A stretch of DNA of 63,691 bases from Octopus bimaculoides (Eukaryota), in the NCBI RefSeq assembly GCF_001194135.2, contig NC_068983.1:145291258-145354948 (forward strand), in the 5' to 3' direction. The position numbers were made by a program, and so were the translations under genes. Below, one piece after another: positions 36,156 to 50,499 of the stretch. A model generated the notes under the pieces. That model was given only the letters and a program-made list of their open reading frames with translations, had not been told where the DNA came from and ran no database searches. Within the stretch, counting starts at the first letter, position 1; every line of letters starts with the position of its first letter.

Positions 36156-38539
36156 CTGAAAAAGAAAATGGGGAAAATAGAGACTGGTGTTTTTCAAGTA
36201 ATTTAACAATTCAGTGGTCAGCATCATGGTCAATATTGACACCTAGGGGTGTCTATATGGCAATCCAAGGAGTCAATAAACATTTGACATGGTTTTAAGC
36301 ATTAAGAATGTTGAATTATATACAAATTGAATCTAGAAAAGCATAGTAATTTAAGGAAAAAGCTCACTAATTACCAGCCAAATATCAATGCGATGACTAG
36401 TATTCACCAACACATATTTCATATTAAATATATCAATATCATATATCAATATGACTGAATTTTTATTGTTATTTTTATTAATTTCATTTAGTACTTTCAT
36501 TTTAGATATCATTAAATATTTCTTAATAAAAAGTGATAATGACTCAAAAGAACAAAGAAATTGCTGTTTTTAAATCAAGAAATTTTTTATTAGTAATACT
36601 TTATAATTTTATTTCAGAAATTCACATGACGGGAGTCAATAAATTATCAACAATCCCTTGAAGGGATCAATGATATAAGAAGTTTGCCGATCTCTGAATG
36701 AATTAATCTTTTCATTATCTTCCTGAGACTGCCACTCATCCTAGAATATATATTTAAATTAAAACATTCCATCATAATGTTATGACAGAACTTTTTGCTA
36801 TAATCTGTTCTAAAAACCAACTTAATAACGACACAGTTACCTTCCAATTCTTGATTACTTTAAAATTTAGAAGAAATACACATTATATTTCATTAGAACT
36901 AGGGTCATGAAATGGTTAAATGATTTGGGGATTTCAGTAGCTTTTTTCATTGTTGTTGTTTGTGTGCATGTGTGTGTTTTTATCACATTATGGAAGGCTG
37001 AAGTGTTCTAGTTCATTTATGACTCATTCCAGGTAATAACATCTTAATTCCATTGCCCACCCCCACCCCCTCACCCCAATCACACCTTTAATAGAAAATA
37101 AAACCAAAATATAAAGAAAAACATTAAGTGGGGAATGTCAATCATGTGAACTGACCAGTTAAAAGATCTTTTTAGAAATTTCACTTTGTTGCTTAACCTT
37201 TTTAGCATTTAAAATGGCCATATCCAGCTCAAATATTCTACTTATTTTATGCCAAAACTAGCCAGATCTGGCCTCTCACACCTACTTTATGATGTCATTT
37301 TAAAAGCAAGCAATCATATCATCAAAATCTCAAAGCTATGAGATAATGCATAATTAATTCAAAGTAATGTGAATAAATAAGCATTACGTTTGTCTGATTA
37401 ATGTGAATGCTAAGGGATTAACCTTTCTTCAAAGCAAATCAGTTCTAAAAACAGAGCCTGTGAAAACTAAAAAATGTAATGATAGGAAAAATATAAACCT
37501 TTGAGAACTGTAGCAGTTTTTAAACCTGTAATGTGTTATTTCTCTGTATAAAGAGAACTATTATGTATGTATAAGGAAATAAGTTAGTGAAAACAGATTA
37601 TCAAAAATAGCAAGAATTAGTTCAGTGTATTCATCATCGTCATTAATTTCCACTTTTCATGTTTGCATTGAGTCAGAGGGAACTTTGTTAAGGCAGGTTT
37701 TGTACAGTTGGATGCCCTTCTTCACAAACCTATACCAGTCTCCAAGCATGGTAATATTTCCTCGTGGCCAGACAAATTTTCACAGAAGACTTGGAAAATG
37801 AACAACATTACTTGTGTGACGGTGGTGCTCATTTACAATCATCACATGACATAGAGATAAGAATACACACAAACATGTGTGTCACAGTATGATGATGAGA
37901 AGATAAGATCTCTCTCTCTCTCTCTCTTGTTCGTGGCATTTCCCTTTCCAGTAGCTAGTACTGGAGAAGAGATACCCCACCAAATTCAACCACAAAGCTT
38001 TGGTCAGCCCAGTGACCAAGGTGTCATGCAATGGGACCAAACTCAAAACATGCAACTGTGAAACAAACCTTTTAACTACACATCCATGTCTGTGCCTATG
38101 GCCATATTCGCATCATCTACATGTGTGTGTGTGTGTGCAAGCGTATGTGTGCACACACCTTTGTGATTGTGTTTGTTTCTCACTGCTTGAGGACCAGTGC
38201 TGGTTTATGTCCCCTTAACTTAGAAGTTCAACAAAAACTACCAACAGAATAAGTACAAAACTAAATAAGTACTGGGATATGAGTGACTAAATCCTTCAAG
38301 AGAGTGTTCCAGCATGACCACAGTCCAATGACTGAAACAACTAAAAGAATAAAGATTAATATTCTTTTAATCCTCAAAATTCTTGCTTAATGTTAAAAAT
38401 AGACGCGTTCAAGCTTCACCCTAATCATCCTCATTATTCACAACACTTCTTTGCTTTTCCATTCATCAAACATTCATGTTACTGGTGTAGAAACCAAATA
38501 TTTTGCAATCCTTTATTTACTCTATATAACAAGGTTTCA

Positions 38540-38790
38540 GATGTAGTATGCAAGTGGAGATTGTGCTGGTACAGTCATGTAATGCATATGAAGACAGATG
38601 CATCAATAATTGCTGATCTGTAATTGTGGAAGGAATATGTGGAAGGGGTAGACCCAGGAAGAGGTGGGACAAAGTGGTGAGAAAAGATCTTCAGACACTG
38701 GAGCTCACAGAGGGGTGACAACGAATCAAGACTACTGGCAGTTTACTGTGCTTAAGAAGACACATCAAGCTAACTAAAATCATGGTTTTT
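38540..38790 (+). mobile_element. RTE LINE C-terminal fragment
   Basis: WRLCWYSHVMHM...RGRPRKRW peptide remnant. A further family fragment (PHD-like part, minus strand) lies at about 34066-34190. Confidence 0.7.
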
Positions 38791-38969
38791 CCTTGCATAC
38801 AGGAACGATTACAAAAGAAGTATTTATAATGTTTTGTGCATAAGCTCTTCATCAAAATGTCAACATGACAAAAGAACTTGTTGATATAGATCAGTGCTTC
38901 TCAACCAATCCTATTTCTAGAAGACTGGCATTGAAATTTATCAATGCCTTTACTGAAATTTTATATATT

Positions 38970-39021
<52 letters not shown>

Positions 39022-41380
39022 AGAGAGAGGAAGATGGATCTATTAAATGCACTCACATGGTTACTATAGGAGACAATTGCACAAAACACTGGGCAGTGGA
39101 ACTAAAACTGAACTCACATGGAAAGGTAACTTAACTGCATAGTTATACAAGCACTATGACATAAAATATCACTGAACTTGATAAACTGAATAGCTTTTAC
39201 CTATCACCACAATGCTCACAAGACCATCATCCAAAACACAAAGATGCTGCCATGCATTTTACAGGCAAGGCAGCAAAACTCTCCTACCTTCAAACCTGTA
39301 GCCCTTTCGGTCCCTTGCCAAAAAGATCTCTACCCCTTGCCACCACTTCTCAACCAAGATGGCTTCACAAGCATTACAGCCACAGAGACATATATGCAGC
39401 CTTCTTTGCATCAACTCTGCCAAGACAATCTCTCTCTCTCCATTTCACCAGACTCACTGCTATGTATATAAATACTCCAAGGGCAAAAACACTTCCAGTT
39501 GCTTCAAACGATCAAAGATAAGCATATCTCATTACATCTCCCACATGACCAAAATTCATTATTCCTAACACCCTATCAATAAAGTGGTTAACATGTAGAC
39601 GCACTGCATCAGTTCAATGAACAGAACCATCATCATTTGTTTGTTCATTTTTACATCAGTTACGCTTGTTATGCCTCTTCAATCTCACTACAGGGATCAA
39701 TCTTATTATTTTGAAACATTACAATGTGCCCCATTCCCATTCACCTAAACAAAATATAATCACAGTCCTCTCAACTAGCTTCGTTGAATACTAACTCTTC
39801 TTAGGCCCACCCATCTTACCAAACACTATTGATCCTATTGTGTTTCTCCCCCCAAATTCCATATGAACCGCATCTCTCAATCACCATTACCAAATTTATA
39901 CATCACTCTATTAAATTCTCTCCAACTGACATTTTCCTCCCATCTCTCGATCTGCAAATGCTGAACATCAAGTTTCGTATAGCCTGTCCCTTTCTCTAAG
40001 GATACAGCATAAAAATTAAATCCCTAAAACTAGACACAAAGATATTAAGAGTCCTCTCACTTCTATACCTAATGTCTATAAATTGATCGATGTCATTGCT
40101 TTAAATTATACCAATAAATAGAACTGAGCTCAATGTTCGTCTATTCAAAACAGGACAAATTCTCAAGTACAAGTTTATGTCGTTTAAGCCAAAGTTAACT
40201 CTGATCAAAAATATCTATAATTAAAAAACATTCCAGCTATGACCATCCCGTCTTTTTAAGAATGTTCTATCCTTATATAAGACGAGAGGGAATGATTTAA
40301 GTGAGATTTTGCTACTTCTTCTAGCAGGCCGAGCGACCACATAGTGGTTCCTACGCTGACAAATTAGCTAAATGGGTTTGGGACATAAGATACTAACACA
40401 GCAGAACAGAGATAGAGACTACATCTGGTACTATATATCTATGCAGCATTTACTTATCAGTCGAGTTATAAATAAACACCTTTTCAACACGTAACTTGTG
40501 AGTCACAGGAAAAACAACGTTTTGACAACTGCAGCCAACGCAAAATGTTTTTCTCAGCCGACCAAATGTTAAAACCCAAGATGCATTAGATTCTCTAGTT
40601 TTATTTAGAGAACTACCAGCAGAATCCACTAGGCTTTGACACCTGGGATTTTTTTTGTTTGTTTATTTTTATTTACTTATTTATTTATTTACTTATTCAT
40701 TTATTTCGTATTTACATTTGAAATCAGACTGATAATATACACAGAAAATCGTGTTTAATCTTCGGGATGAAAATAATAGCACACGACTAACGTAAGCACG
40801 AAAGAAATGGCGATTTACATGCGTGTAAATTAAATGAAAACGTACAAGGTGACAAGTTTAACTCTTTTTTTTTTTTAATATACATTGTCACATTTACCTC
40901 TTGGAAAAACATGTATGTCACTACCGTGTTAATCACCTGGGACGAGAGAGAATGTCTACGTGGTTAGCTAAAAACTGCAGGCAAATAACCTTTAAATCAC
41001 ACACCTAGTATCTTAACATATTGGACAATGTAGTCCTAGATATACCAACTACAGAAAACGAGATGGTCACGGTTAAAACGCCTATGATCATAAATTAGTC
41101 TGCTCAATCACGCGCTAGTTAAGTTTTCCGTAAAACTGAAGCATTGCGTAAGAAATGGCTATACAAGCATGCGTGCACTTTGCATAAACACGTAGCTACG
41201 TGTGTATGTGCGTAATAGAGGAACTGAGAGTAGGTCAAGGACCTCGACTTTCGTGCCAATGCACTTACCAAACATCAGTGGCACGAAGCAATTCGGCTAA
41301 TAACAATAGAAAAATATTTATGCTTTATGGAAGTTTGTTTCTCTAATTTGTAAGTCCAAATATATGAGAGAGGGAGAGAC

Positions 41381-41427
<47 letters not shown>

Positions 41428-41502
41428 AAGAGGCCAAATATACTCTACAACATATGTTCAGTACTCTTCACTCGTTTGTTAAATCTAAAAAACAAAATGC
41501 AC

Positions 41503-41548
<46 letters not shown>

Positions 41549-42388
41549 GTCTCTCTCTTTGTATGTACGTGTATACATACACACAGCGCGATTGATATTA
41601 GTGGCATGTGTACATTTTCTGGTATGGGATTATCTATATTGTTGTTAAAATGACAAATATTCGGAGACTAGACAATGGAACTAGCAACGCGAGCAGAAAA
41701 CCCAATAACTACAAGAATGTAAACAACACTGTTACATGGCAATGCGAGCAAAACCGACTGCAACAATTTAACACCAGCTTCTAATGATCTGCATGCACAA
41801 CTCTTTATCGATTGTCAAAAACCAGTTGCATCACTGTTTTACATAATACTACTTCCAGCAAAGACATCGAGAGGCCTGCCTATCAGTGAGCTGTTTCTCG
41901 TTTTTATATTAGTAATGTTGCAGTGCCGAAGACTGCCGAAGACTGTCCAGTTCTGCATTCCTGGTAATAAATAACCAAGTGTTAATTCCAAGTGAACTTT
42001 CTGTCAACTGTTTAGTCCCTACCTCAGCTCAGCCAGTATAATAATCAGCCCGCCTCGATTTCCCTTTGGCTTATTCAGAGATACACAGAGAGATCTAAAT
42101 ATTAGTTGTCTTGAAATGTAAGCAGCGCTATATAATATCTAATCGCTTCATACATACATATTGTGTGTATGTATATATATATATATATATATATATCATC
42201 ATAAATATACAGGGATTAGCATTGAGTTGCTTCTCCAACATACTGAAAATTTAGAAATAGCAGTCAAAGAACTATATTTATGATGATAAATGGTTTTACC
42301 GATAAAGGTTTTTTCATACTGAACTACTTGGCAAAATTGTTAATTATTAATTCTATTATTAATTGACGATTCCCTGCCCTTATTCTTG

Positions 42389-42435
<47 letters not shown>

Positions 42436-42557
42436 CNNNNNNNNNNNNNNNNNNNNNNNNNNNNNNNNNNNNNNNNNNNNNNNNNNNNNNNNNNNNNNNN
42501 NNNNNNNNNNNNNNNNNNNNNNNNNNNNNNNNNNNNNNNNNNNNNNNNNNNNNNNNN

Positions 42558-42600
<43 letters not shown>

Positions 42601-42603
<3 letters not shown>

Positions 42604-42721
42604 CAACGCAATTTGTTGACTATCGTGTATGTTAAGTAATGATGATAATAATTGTTTGTAATTTTAATGAATAATAATGATTTTTCTTAATTAATAACGC
42701 TTATACACACACAAACACAAT

Positions 42722-42760
<39 letters not shown>

Positions 42761-42860
42761 GCGTTATTAATTAAGAAACATCATTATTATTCATTAAAAT
42801 TACAAACAATAATTATCATCATTACTTAATATACACGATAGTCAACAAATTGCGTTGTTA
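42601..42860. repeat. Near-perfect inverted repeat, arms about 113 bp, (CA/TG) spacer; possible MITE
   Basis: TAACAACGCAATTTGTTGACTATCGTGTAT... versus ...ATACACGATAGTCAACAAATTGCGTTGTTA, with only a few mismatches. Confidence 0.9.
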
Positions 42861-44017
42861 ATTAAAAGTCAGACAAGTTGACGTCACGTGATTGGCAGCA
42901 CCTGCAGGACAGGTTTGCCGTTGAAATACTTTTGTACGCCACACTTTGCACTACTTGCGTATGTGAATAGTTATTGTTCCAAGTAGTAGGAAGTGAAAGA
43001 ATGAAAATTCTGAATCATGGGCTGAACCAAACTCATCAGGAGATAAGTAGGTCAGACGGAATTTATTTGAGGCTGATTTTTCTACAGCCAAATGCCCTTC
43101 CTGTTACCAAGTAACGGAATATTTCTCCACAACCAGAGATGTTCTCGCAGAAATCAAACTATTGTTCGTATGATAGTGATATTCATCTACAACCACTACG
43201 CGATGCCAAGACAAGGGAACACACACATCTTTTACTTGTTTCATTCATTTGACTGTGGACATGTCAAACCCTATCTTGAAGAGTCTATTATCAACTCCGG
43301 TTTCATATGGCCCATGTGATTCTATATAAGATTTATTGTCAAAAACTTACGTGCAATAAAATGGTTATATTTCTACAATACACCAAATATTTAAACAATT
43401 TTTTTAATACAATTCCTAATAATACTTAATCACAAAAATATAATAGGATTTTTAGATATCAAATGGCTATTTGATGTATTTTTTACTCTCCCTGAGTAAA
43501 ATAAGAATCAAATGGGTTGATATGGAAAGAAATTATTGAGAACCACACTGGTTTAGTTGAACAAACCGAAACCAGTACTTCTTTTTCTAAATCTGGTACT
43601 TATTTTATCAGCCTCTTTTAGCCAAATCACAAAGGATGTAAACAAACCAACACTGGTTATTATCAAGAGGTGGTGAGGGCAAACACATAGATATACACAA
43701 ACAAATAGGCAAATAAAAACAGGAAAAAACAACAAAATTCAATTAGCTGTATCATTAAATTGACGCTCAGTTAAAGTGTTAGATGGAAGAAATAGGAGCA
43801 GAAATGATATTTCAAGCATGGTTCTTCATCAGATAGAAGAAAAGGTCCAGAAAGGAGGAAAAAGAGAAAGGAGCAGAGAGTCATATATGGCAAGCTCCTT
43901 TCGGTTTCAATCATGGTTGAGAAGTAAAGTTCTTACCACACAGCCGTGCCTATGCTTAATTTAGCAAAGTTGAAAAGGTCCTTAGCAGGCCCTTTAGTTA
44001 CAATAAAAGGAAAGTGT

Positions 44018-44570
44018 CATCATCATCATCGTTTAACGTCCGCTTTCCATGCTAGCAGAGGTTAGACGATTTGACCGAGGACTGGTGAACCAGATGGCTA
44101 CACCAGGCTACAATCTGATTTGGCAGAATTTCTACAGCTGGATGCCCTTCCTAACGCCAACCACTCCAAGAGTGAAGTGGGTGCTTTTACATGCCACCGG
44201 CACGAAGGCCAGTCAGGCGGTACTGGCAATGGCCACGCTCAAAATGGTGTATTTTACATGCCACCTGCACAGGAGCCAGTCCAGCGGCACTGGCAACGAT
44301 CTCGCTCGAATGACTTTTCATGTGCCACTGGCACAAGTGCCAGGAACGCAAAGCTGTTGTACAAGTGCCAGGAAGGCGACGCTGGTAACGATCACGCTTG
44401 AACGGTGATGCCATCACAATTTCGCTTTCATGTGTTAATATATACAGCATATAAATTACATTTCATGATGATCAGATTGGAGCCTGGTGCAGCCTACTGG
44501 CTTGCCACTTCCCCAGTCAAACTGTCCAACCCATGCCAGCATGGAAAACAGACATTAAACAATGATGATG
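44018..44570. mobile_element. Two RTE 3'-tail repeats in inverted orientation (44018-44410 minus; 44460-44570 plus)
   Basis: Family core TTTCTACAGCTGGATGCCCTTCCTAA and (GAT)n tails. Other copies at about 21770, 26340, 45530, 53160, 53530 and 53690. Confidence 0.8.
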
Positions 44571-45033
44571 GCAAAGGGAGATCTTGTAATCAATAAAGAA
44601 ATCTCCAGGTATATGAATGAATAAATAAATAAAGAACGAAAGAAGCCTTTACATAGTTATTTGACCAGCTGAAACTCTCAAATCACAACCTACTGTCTTA
44701 AAAAAAAGATTACATTGGATAATGCAGTGCTTGAGATAGTGTCTAAAAGCACAGTGCGATGATCAGGACAGACACGCCTTTAACCTATTCCATAGAAGTG
44801 ACCTGTTCTATAAAACAGGGTCAGTTTCATAGAACAGGCCTGTTCTATGAAACTGACCTGGGATTATATAACAATGAATAGGGAGGAAGCTAACTACTAC
44901 AAAGCTAATATAAACAATGTGAGGTTAGATATTTTGGTTATAAGACTTAGTGTAGCTTATCTAAAACTTCGAGTTTGTTACATGCTTTTATATAACATAT
45001 TTAACAGATGATAATGAAAAATATTTTGGGATA

Positions 45034-45254
45034 CTCTTTTACTCTTTTATCCGTTTCAGTCATGTGACTGTGGCCATGCTGGAGCACCCCCTTTAGTCGA
45101 GCAAATCGACCCCAGGACTTATTCTTTGTAAGCCTAGTACTTATTCCATCGATTTCTTTTGCCGAACCACTAAGTTACGAGAACGCAAACATACCAACAT
45201 CGGTTGTCAAGTGATGGTGGGGGGACAAACACAGACACACAAACATATACACAC

Positions 45255-45293
<39 letters not shown>

Positions 45294-45456
45294 CGACGGG
45301 CTTCTTTCAGTTTCCATCTATCAAATCCACTCACAAGGCTTTGGCCGGCCCGAGGCTATAGTAGAAGACACTTGCCAAAGGTGCCACGCAGTGGGACTGA
45401 ACCGGGAACCATGTGGTTGGCAAGCAAGCTACTTACCACACAGCCACTCCTGCGCC
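45034..45456 (-). mobile_element. tRNA-derived SINE, full-length copy of the same family
   Basis: High similarity to 28915-29303 over its whole length. Confidence 0.85.
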
Positions 45457-48400
45457 TTATTTCCCACACGATATATACATATACACACACACATACATAC
45501 TTGCATGCACATATATATATCATCAGTTATTTAACATGCTAGCATGGTTGGACAGTTTGACAGGAGCTAGTAAGACTAGGGGCTCATATCAGGCTCCATT
45601 GTCGGTTCTGGCATGGCTTCTACAGCTGGTGGCCCTTCCTAACACCAACCACTTTACAGAGTGTACTGGGTGCACCAGCACAGTGCTTTTTATGTGACAC
45701 TAGCACGAGTGTCGATTCTACTGTGGTGGACGGGTAGTCTTGGTCTTTTATCTCCATCATGAGGCTCAGTGTCTTGAGATTGGCCTTCCATGCATGCTAT
45801 ACACACACACACACGCATATATAATTTATACATGTTTATACACTGAAATGTGCATACATTTCTATTCAGTATTCAGTTAGCTAACTGACTTCTTCATTCT
45901 CACAAAATATTGACGTAGTGAATGTCAAAGCTTAGCCGTCAAGTCAACGACCTGTCAGTATAGCCTAGAAGTAGCTAATATCTTTAGATACACTGATGAG
46001 GAGGGAAATTAAACAAGCTGGAAATAGGGCAAATTATATTTGTATTTATCGTTAAAAAAAAAAACACAAAAATAGTTAAAATGCTTTTCTGTAAAGAATA
46101 TAAAGAAGCTTTGAAATATATTTGACAAAAGTCTCACATTGTGCCCAGAGTGGGAATTTATCATTTTTGGAAGTTTGCTCCAGATGTTCAAAATGCATAT
46201 TTTCTGGTTCTCTAAACTTAAGAGATTACAAAGCCAAAAACCTGTGTTTAAAATAATGTATGGTTCAATTTTTTATAGCTCTTTAAAGTCGGCCAATTTA
46301 ATAAAATTTACATTTTGTTTTTTGTCTTTTTGTATCATAAGATTGAACATATTTTCTTTCAGAAAAAAAGTTTTTAACCTCAATTTGAACTTATTTAGAA
46401 ACATTTTTTATTGTCTTTCAGTCAAACTACAGCCTAGAGTGCATAGGCCAACATAAATTTGAGAAAATAGTGGATGCATGAAAAATATCCAAATTTTTGG
46501 TAAAACTCCATCAAACATGATAATTTTTTTTAAATAACAAATTTTGACATATTAAGGGCTAACAAATTTCACATCCTCAATATTTTATGTAAACTGTGGG
46601 AAAAAAAATCAGTTCAATGGGGTTGAAAGACCACACAGAAAGTATAATTCCAATTTGGGAACCAAACATCAAAACCAACCAAAATTGAGTAAAACTGGTA
46701 GTTATTGACCCTCCCCACAACATGATTAAACAAGTATAAAAACAGGAAACATAAAATGGACTCAAAACCTAATAAATTTCTTGAAAGGATCTTAAATGCA
46801 CTTCTTTTGGTATTTAGCCTATTTTATAGGGTAAAAATCTGATTATGAAGGTCAGACGGTCAGATTCAGGCTTGGAAGATTTTTGTCTTGCTTATGCCAA
46901 AATTGAAGAAGGGCCAAAACACGAAATAACAAAAAGAAAATATTCCCAACAAATCCCTGGATTGAAACTTTACCATAGTCTAACCCACCACTACCACCAA
47001 AAAGATACAATGAAAACCGCCTACCCACCTATGATTCACAAAGAAAATCAGAATCATTTGTACTAAATTATGAAAACTGGTCACCTATTATTCACAAATA
47101 CTGAAACAAAAATGCCAAACAATGAATATGCATAACGTGGACCAGTCAGTAATATAGTGATTCAATTCTTGATTGTTCTCTGGTCAAAGACACATTCTTA
47201 TGTTTTGAAGAACGAGCTGTTTGACCAACTTCACCACAAACAGAACAACTTGAGTTGGGATGTTTCAAAGCAATTGCTGGATGCAATATGATGGAGATTC
47301 TTCTGAAGATATCATGGATGTTATCCTTGATTGAAAGCTGATGACATCTTGTAGATAGTCATTTTTAACCACAAAACACCAAAAAGGCAATTTTGGTTGA
47401 TATGCCCTGATTTGGTTATTTGAACCCACACCCCTATAAACAAAGAATAAACAAATAACTTTGGTTCCAGCTGATAGCCCTTAAAATTGTGGTTCAAACA
47501 AGCCCTCAACCACTATCAGGTGATTATTTTGATCCGAGATATGATTTTTATTTTCCTGAATTAGCCCATTTGAGCACAATGTGGTCTGTAGCTAAATGTC
47601 TCATGCAATTATCATGGTCAGTGACCAATTATATCATCATCAGATTGAGAAGAAAATTATATCCAAACATCTTATTCCTGTTATGTATTACAGGCTCTGC
47701 TTATCTAAGAGGGTGGTCTACCACAAATAATCACATGTACACACACACACACACACATAGTAACAGCCACTTAGCACTTATTTGCATTAGTGTTGTCTTT
47801 TTTTTTTCTTGGAGACAACATTTTCAGCAGGTTAGCATTACATTATTATAACGATTAGCAGGGTTGCTGCAAATTCTACATTTTAACAGTTTTTAGTGTT
47901 ACAGCTGTGGAATAAAGTTCAGCACCACCCATGTTTTGTAGTGTTTTTCAAGGATACATCCTTGTTATTATTGCTAACAACAGAATTTACTTACTTAATG
48001 TTGTTCAAATAAACAACAGTTTTATCCTTAACTGTCTACAAATTAGCAGTGTTTACTTTTGCAGATAATGTTGATAATGTGAGGTATTCAGCTTAATGTT
48101 GTATTTTGTCTGGTAATTACCTATTTTCAGGTAAATTGCATTTTTGTCCCAGTTGTATTTTCTTTTATTTGTTTCAGTCATTTGACTGTGGCCATGCTGG
48201 AGCACCTCCTTTAGTCAAACAAACTGACCCCAGGACTTATTCTTTGTAAGCCTAGTACTTATTCTATTGGTCTGTTTTGCCAAACTGCTAAGTTATGGAG
48301 ACATAAACACATCAACATCAGTTGTCAAGCGACTGTGGGGAGACAAACACACACACATATATTTGCTGGTTAATGATAATGTATCAGGTTACCCACCACT

Positions 48401-50499
48401 TCCATAATCCAATGCATGGAATATATCATAGCTACAGTCTGACCCTTCTGTCCTATTTTGCAGTACTATTTATCAACTAAATTAATAGTAAGTATGCCCA
48501 AGTACTCAAATTTAAAGTTCATAAGACCTGTTTAATAAATTTTAAATATTAAACCTTAATAAAATTTGAGTTCTAATTTCATCATCATAACTTTAGACCA
48601 CAATGTGTAACATCACATTTTGTGAGGCTATCTAAATTTATTAAGTACATGGAAAATGTAACATGTGTCTGGATTTTTCAATTATTTGACAACAGTTTAT
48701 CACTTTAGTTTGTGCACATACCACTACTAGAAATATCAAGCTCGAACATCTATTTCAGCTATGTTTAGCATTGCATTTTTAACTATGTATTTTGAGCACT
48801 AATTGAGATATTTATAGTTTTGCACACACATATAATACTATTTAAAATAATTATTTTCCATTTCGACTTCCTTCCAGCTGCACATGTCAAGCACAAAAGT
48901 TGAAATGGCTCTAACCAGAGAACTAAACCACACAACCATTCAAATCACCTACTCCCATTTACTATCTTCATTAGAATAACATTTCAATAAATTCCAAGAA
49001 TTGTTTGTATTTGAACTTACAAGGGACTATATCATACTAGTCTTATATTTGAGCATGATACCACCATCACATCAGTCAACAATGGAGATTCTACACAGTA
49101 ACTAAAATTAATGTAAACAAAAGCCAAATTTCCAAAATATACACAGTGACTAATACTGAGCATTTTGCACAAACTCAGACTGGTAAAAACAGATGCAAGC
49201 CTCTAGGCAGTTACTCAAACTGTTGGAAATAGCAGCCAAAATCCCCTCAAATCCTACATACTACAGCCTTCAAAAAGGAAGGACACCTGGCACAATGTAG
49301 TCCCTAGTATACAGTGACAGGACAGTCATAACCTGAATATCTACCATCGATCTACTTGATCAGAGCTAACTTGATGCTCACCTACAACAAAGGGTACCTG
49401 TATGGAGAAAAGCAATATGCTACAACTGACAAAGCTCCCTTAAATAATACCATAGAGCTTAAAAAGAGAAGAATACATTAAAGAATATAGTTCCTGATAT
49501 ACAAGTAGTACAAAAAGATAAATGGTCATGATTGGAAAACTTTCGCCATGGGTGTACTGAAACTAGAAATAATTAGCCAAATCTCCCAGGAAGAAAATGC
49601 TGGACAATGTAGTCCTTCATATACAAAACATGACAGGGTGATCACATCTGAAGTGCCTTTTATCATAGGTCAGTTTCATCAAAGCAAACTTCAAGTTAAG
49701 CCAACAATGGTGTCTACATAACATCTGATGAAAATAGCAACCAAATTTCCAAATCACACACAGTAACACCGGATTTTCATTAAAGCTTGCATTCATAGGC
49801 AAAACAGCAATTTACATGAATACATATTAGCAAAAGCAGATTCCAGCCGTTGAGCAGTCACTAACCAGGGATTAAGAAACAACAATAATATATTTTTCAT
49901 ATTTAAAATAATTCTTTACTGTCTCAATTTCCTTCTGTCTGTAAAACACATGTATAGAAGTTGAAATAACTCTACCCAGGGAACTAAACAACCATTTACT
50001 GCATACACCAGAATAAAATATTTCAATGAATCACAAGTATTATTTATATTTTGCTTCCACAATACTGCTGGTACAATAAAATGAACGTAGTATTCTATAA
50101 AGTCACACACAAAAAAAAAGACATCAGACAGAGAGGACTATTTAGTTATACTTAAAGTAAGGACATAACCTCTCTAGTGTAGATGCCATGATAAAGATGC
50201 AGCCAGTAAACTCTGTAAAGTGGATGATGTTAAGAAAAGCATCCAGCTGTAGAAACTATGCCAAAAGTACAAATGAGACACATATACACCAACAGATGCT
50301 CCCCACCTTCCACATCTATAGAACAAAACCCAAGAGTCAACTGTAAGATCTTCCCCTCTGCTTACTTATTGAAATTCATAACTTTGAGCAAACCACCTGC
50401 CTGCTGTAAACTATACTTTCCTGTAGCCATTCAGCCAACCAAAGAACACCCCACCTGTCTACTCTTTCCCTCACCTGTCTGCAAAACTTATGTGCAAGC

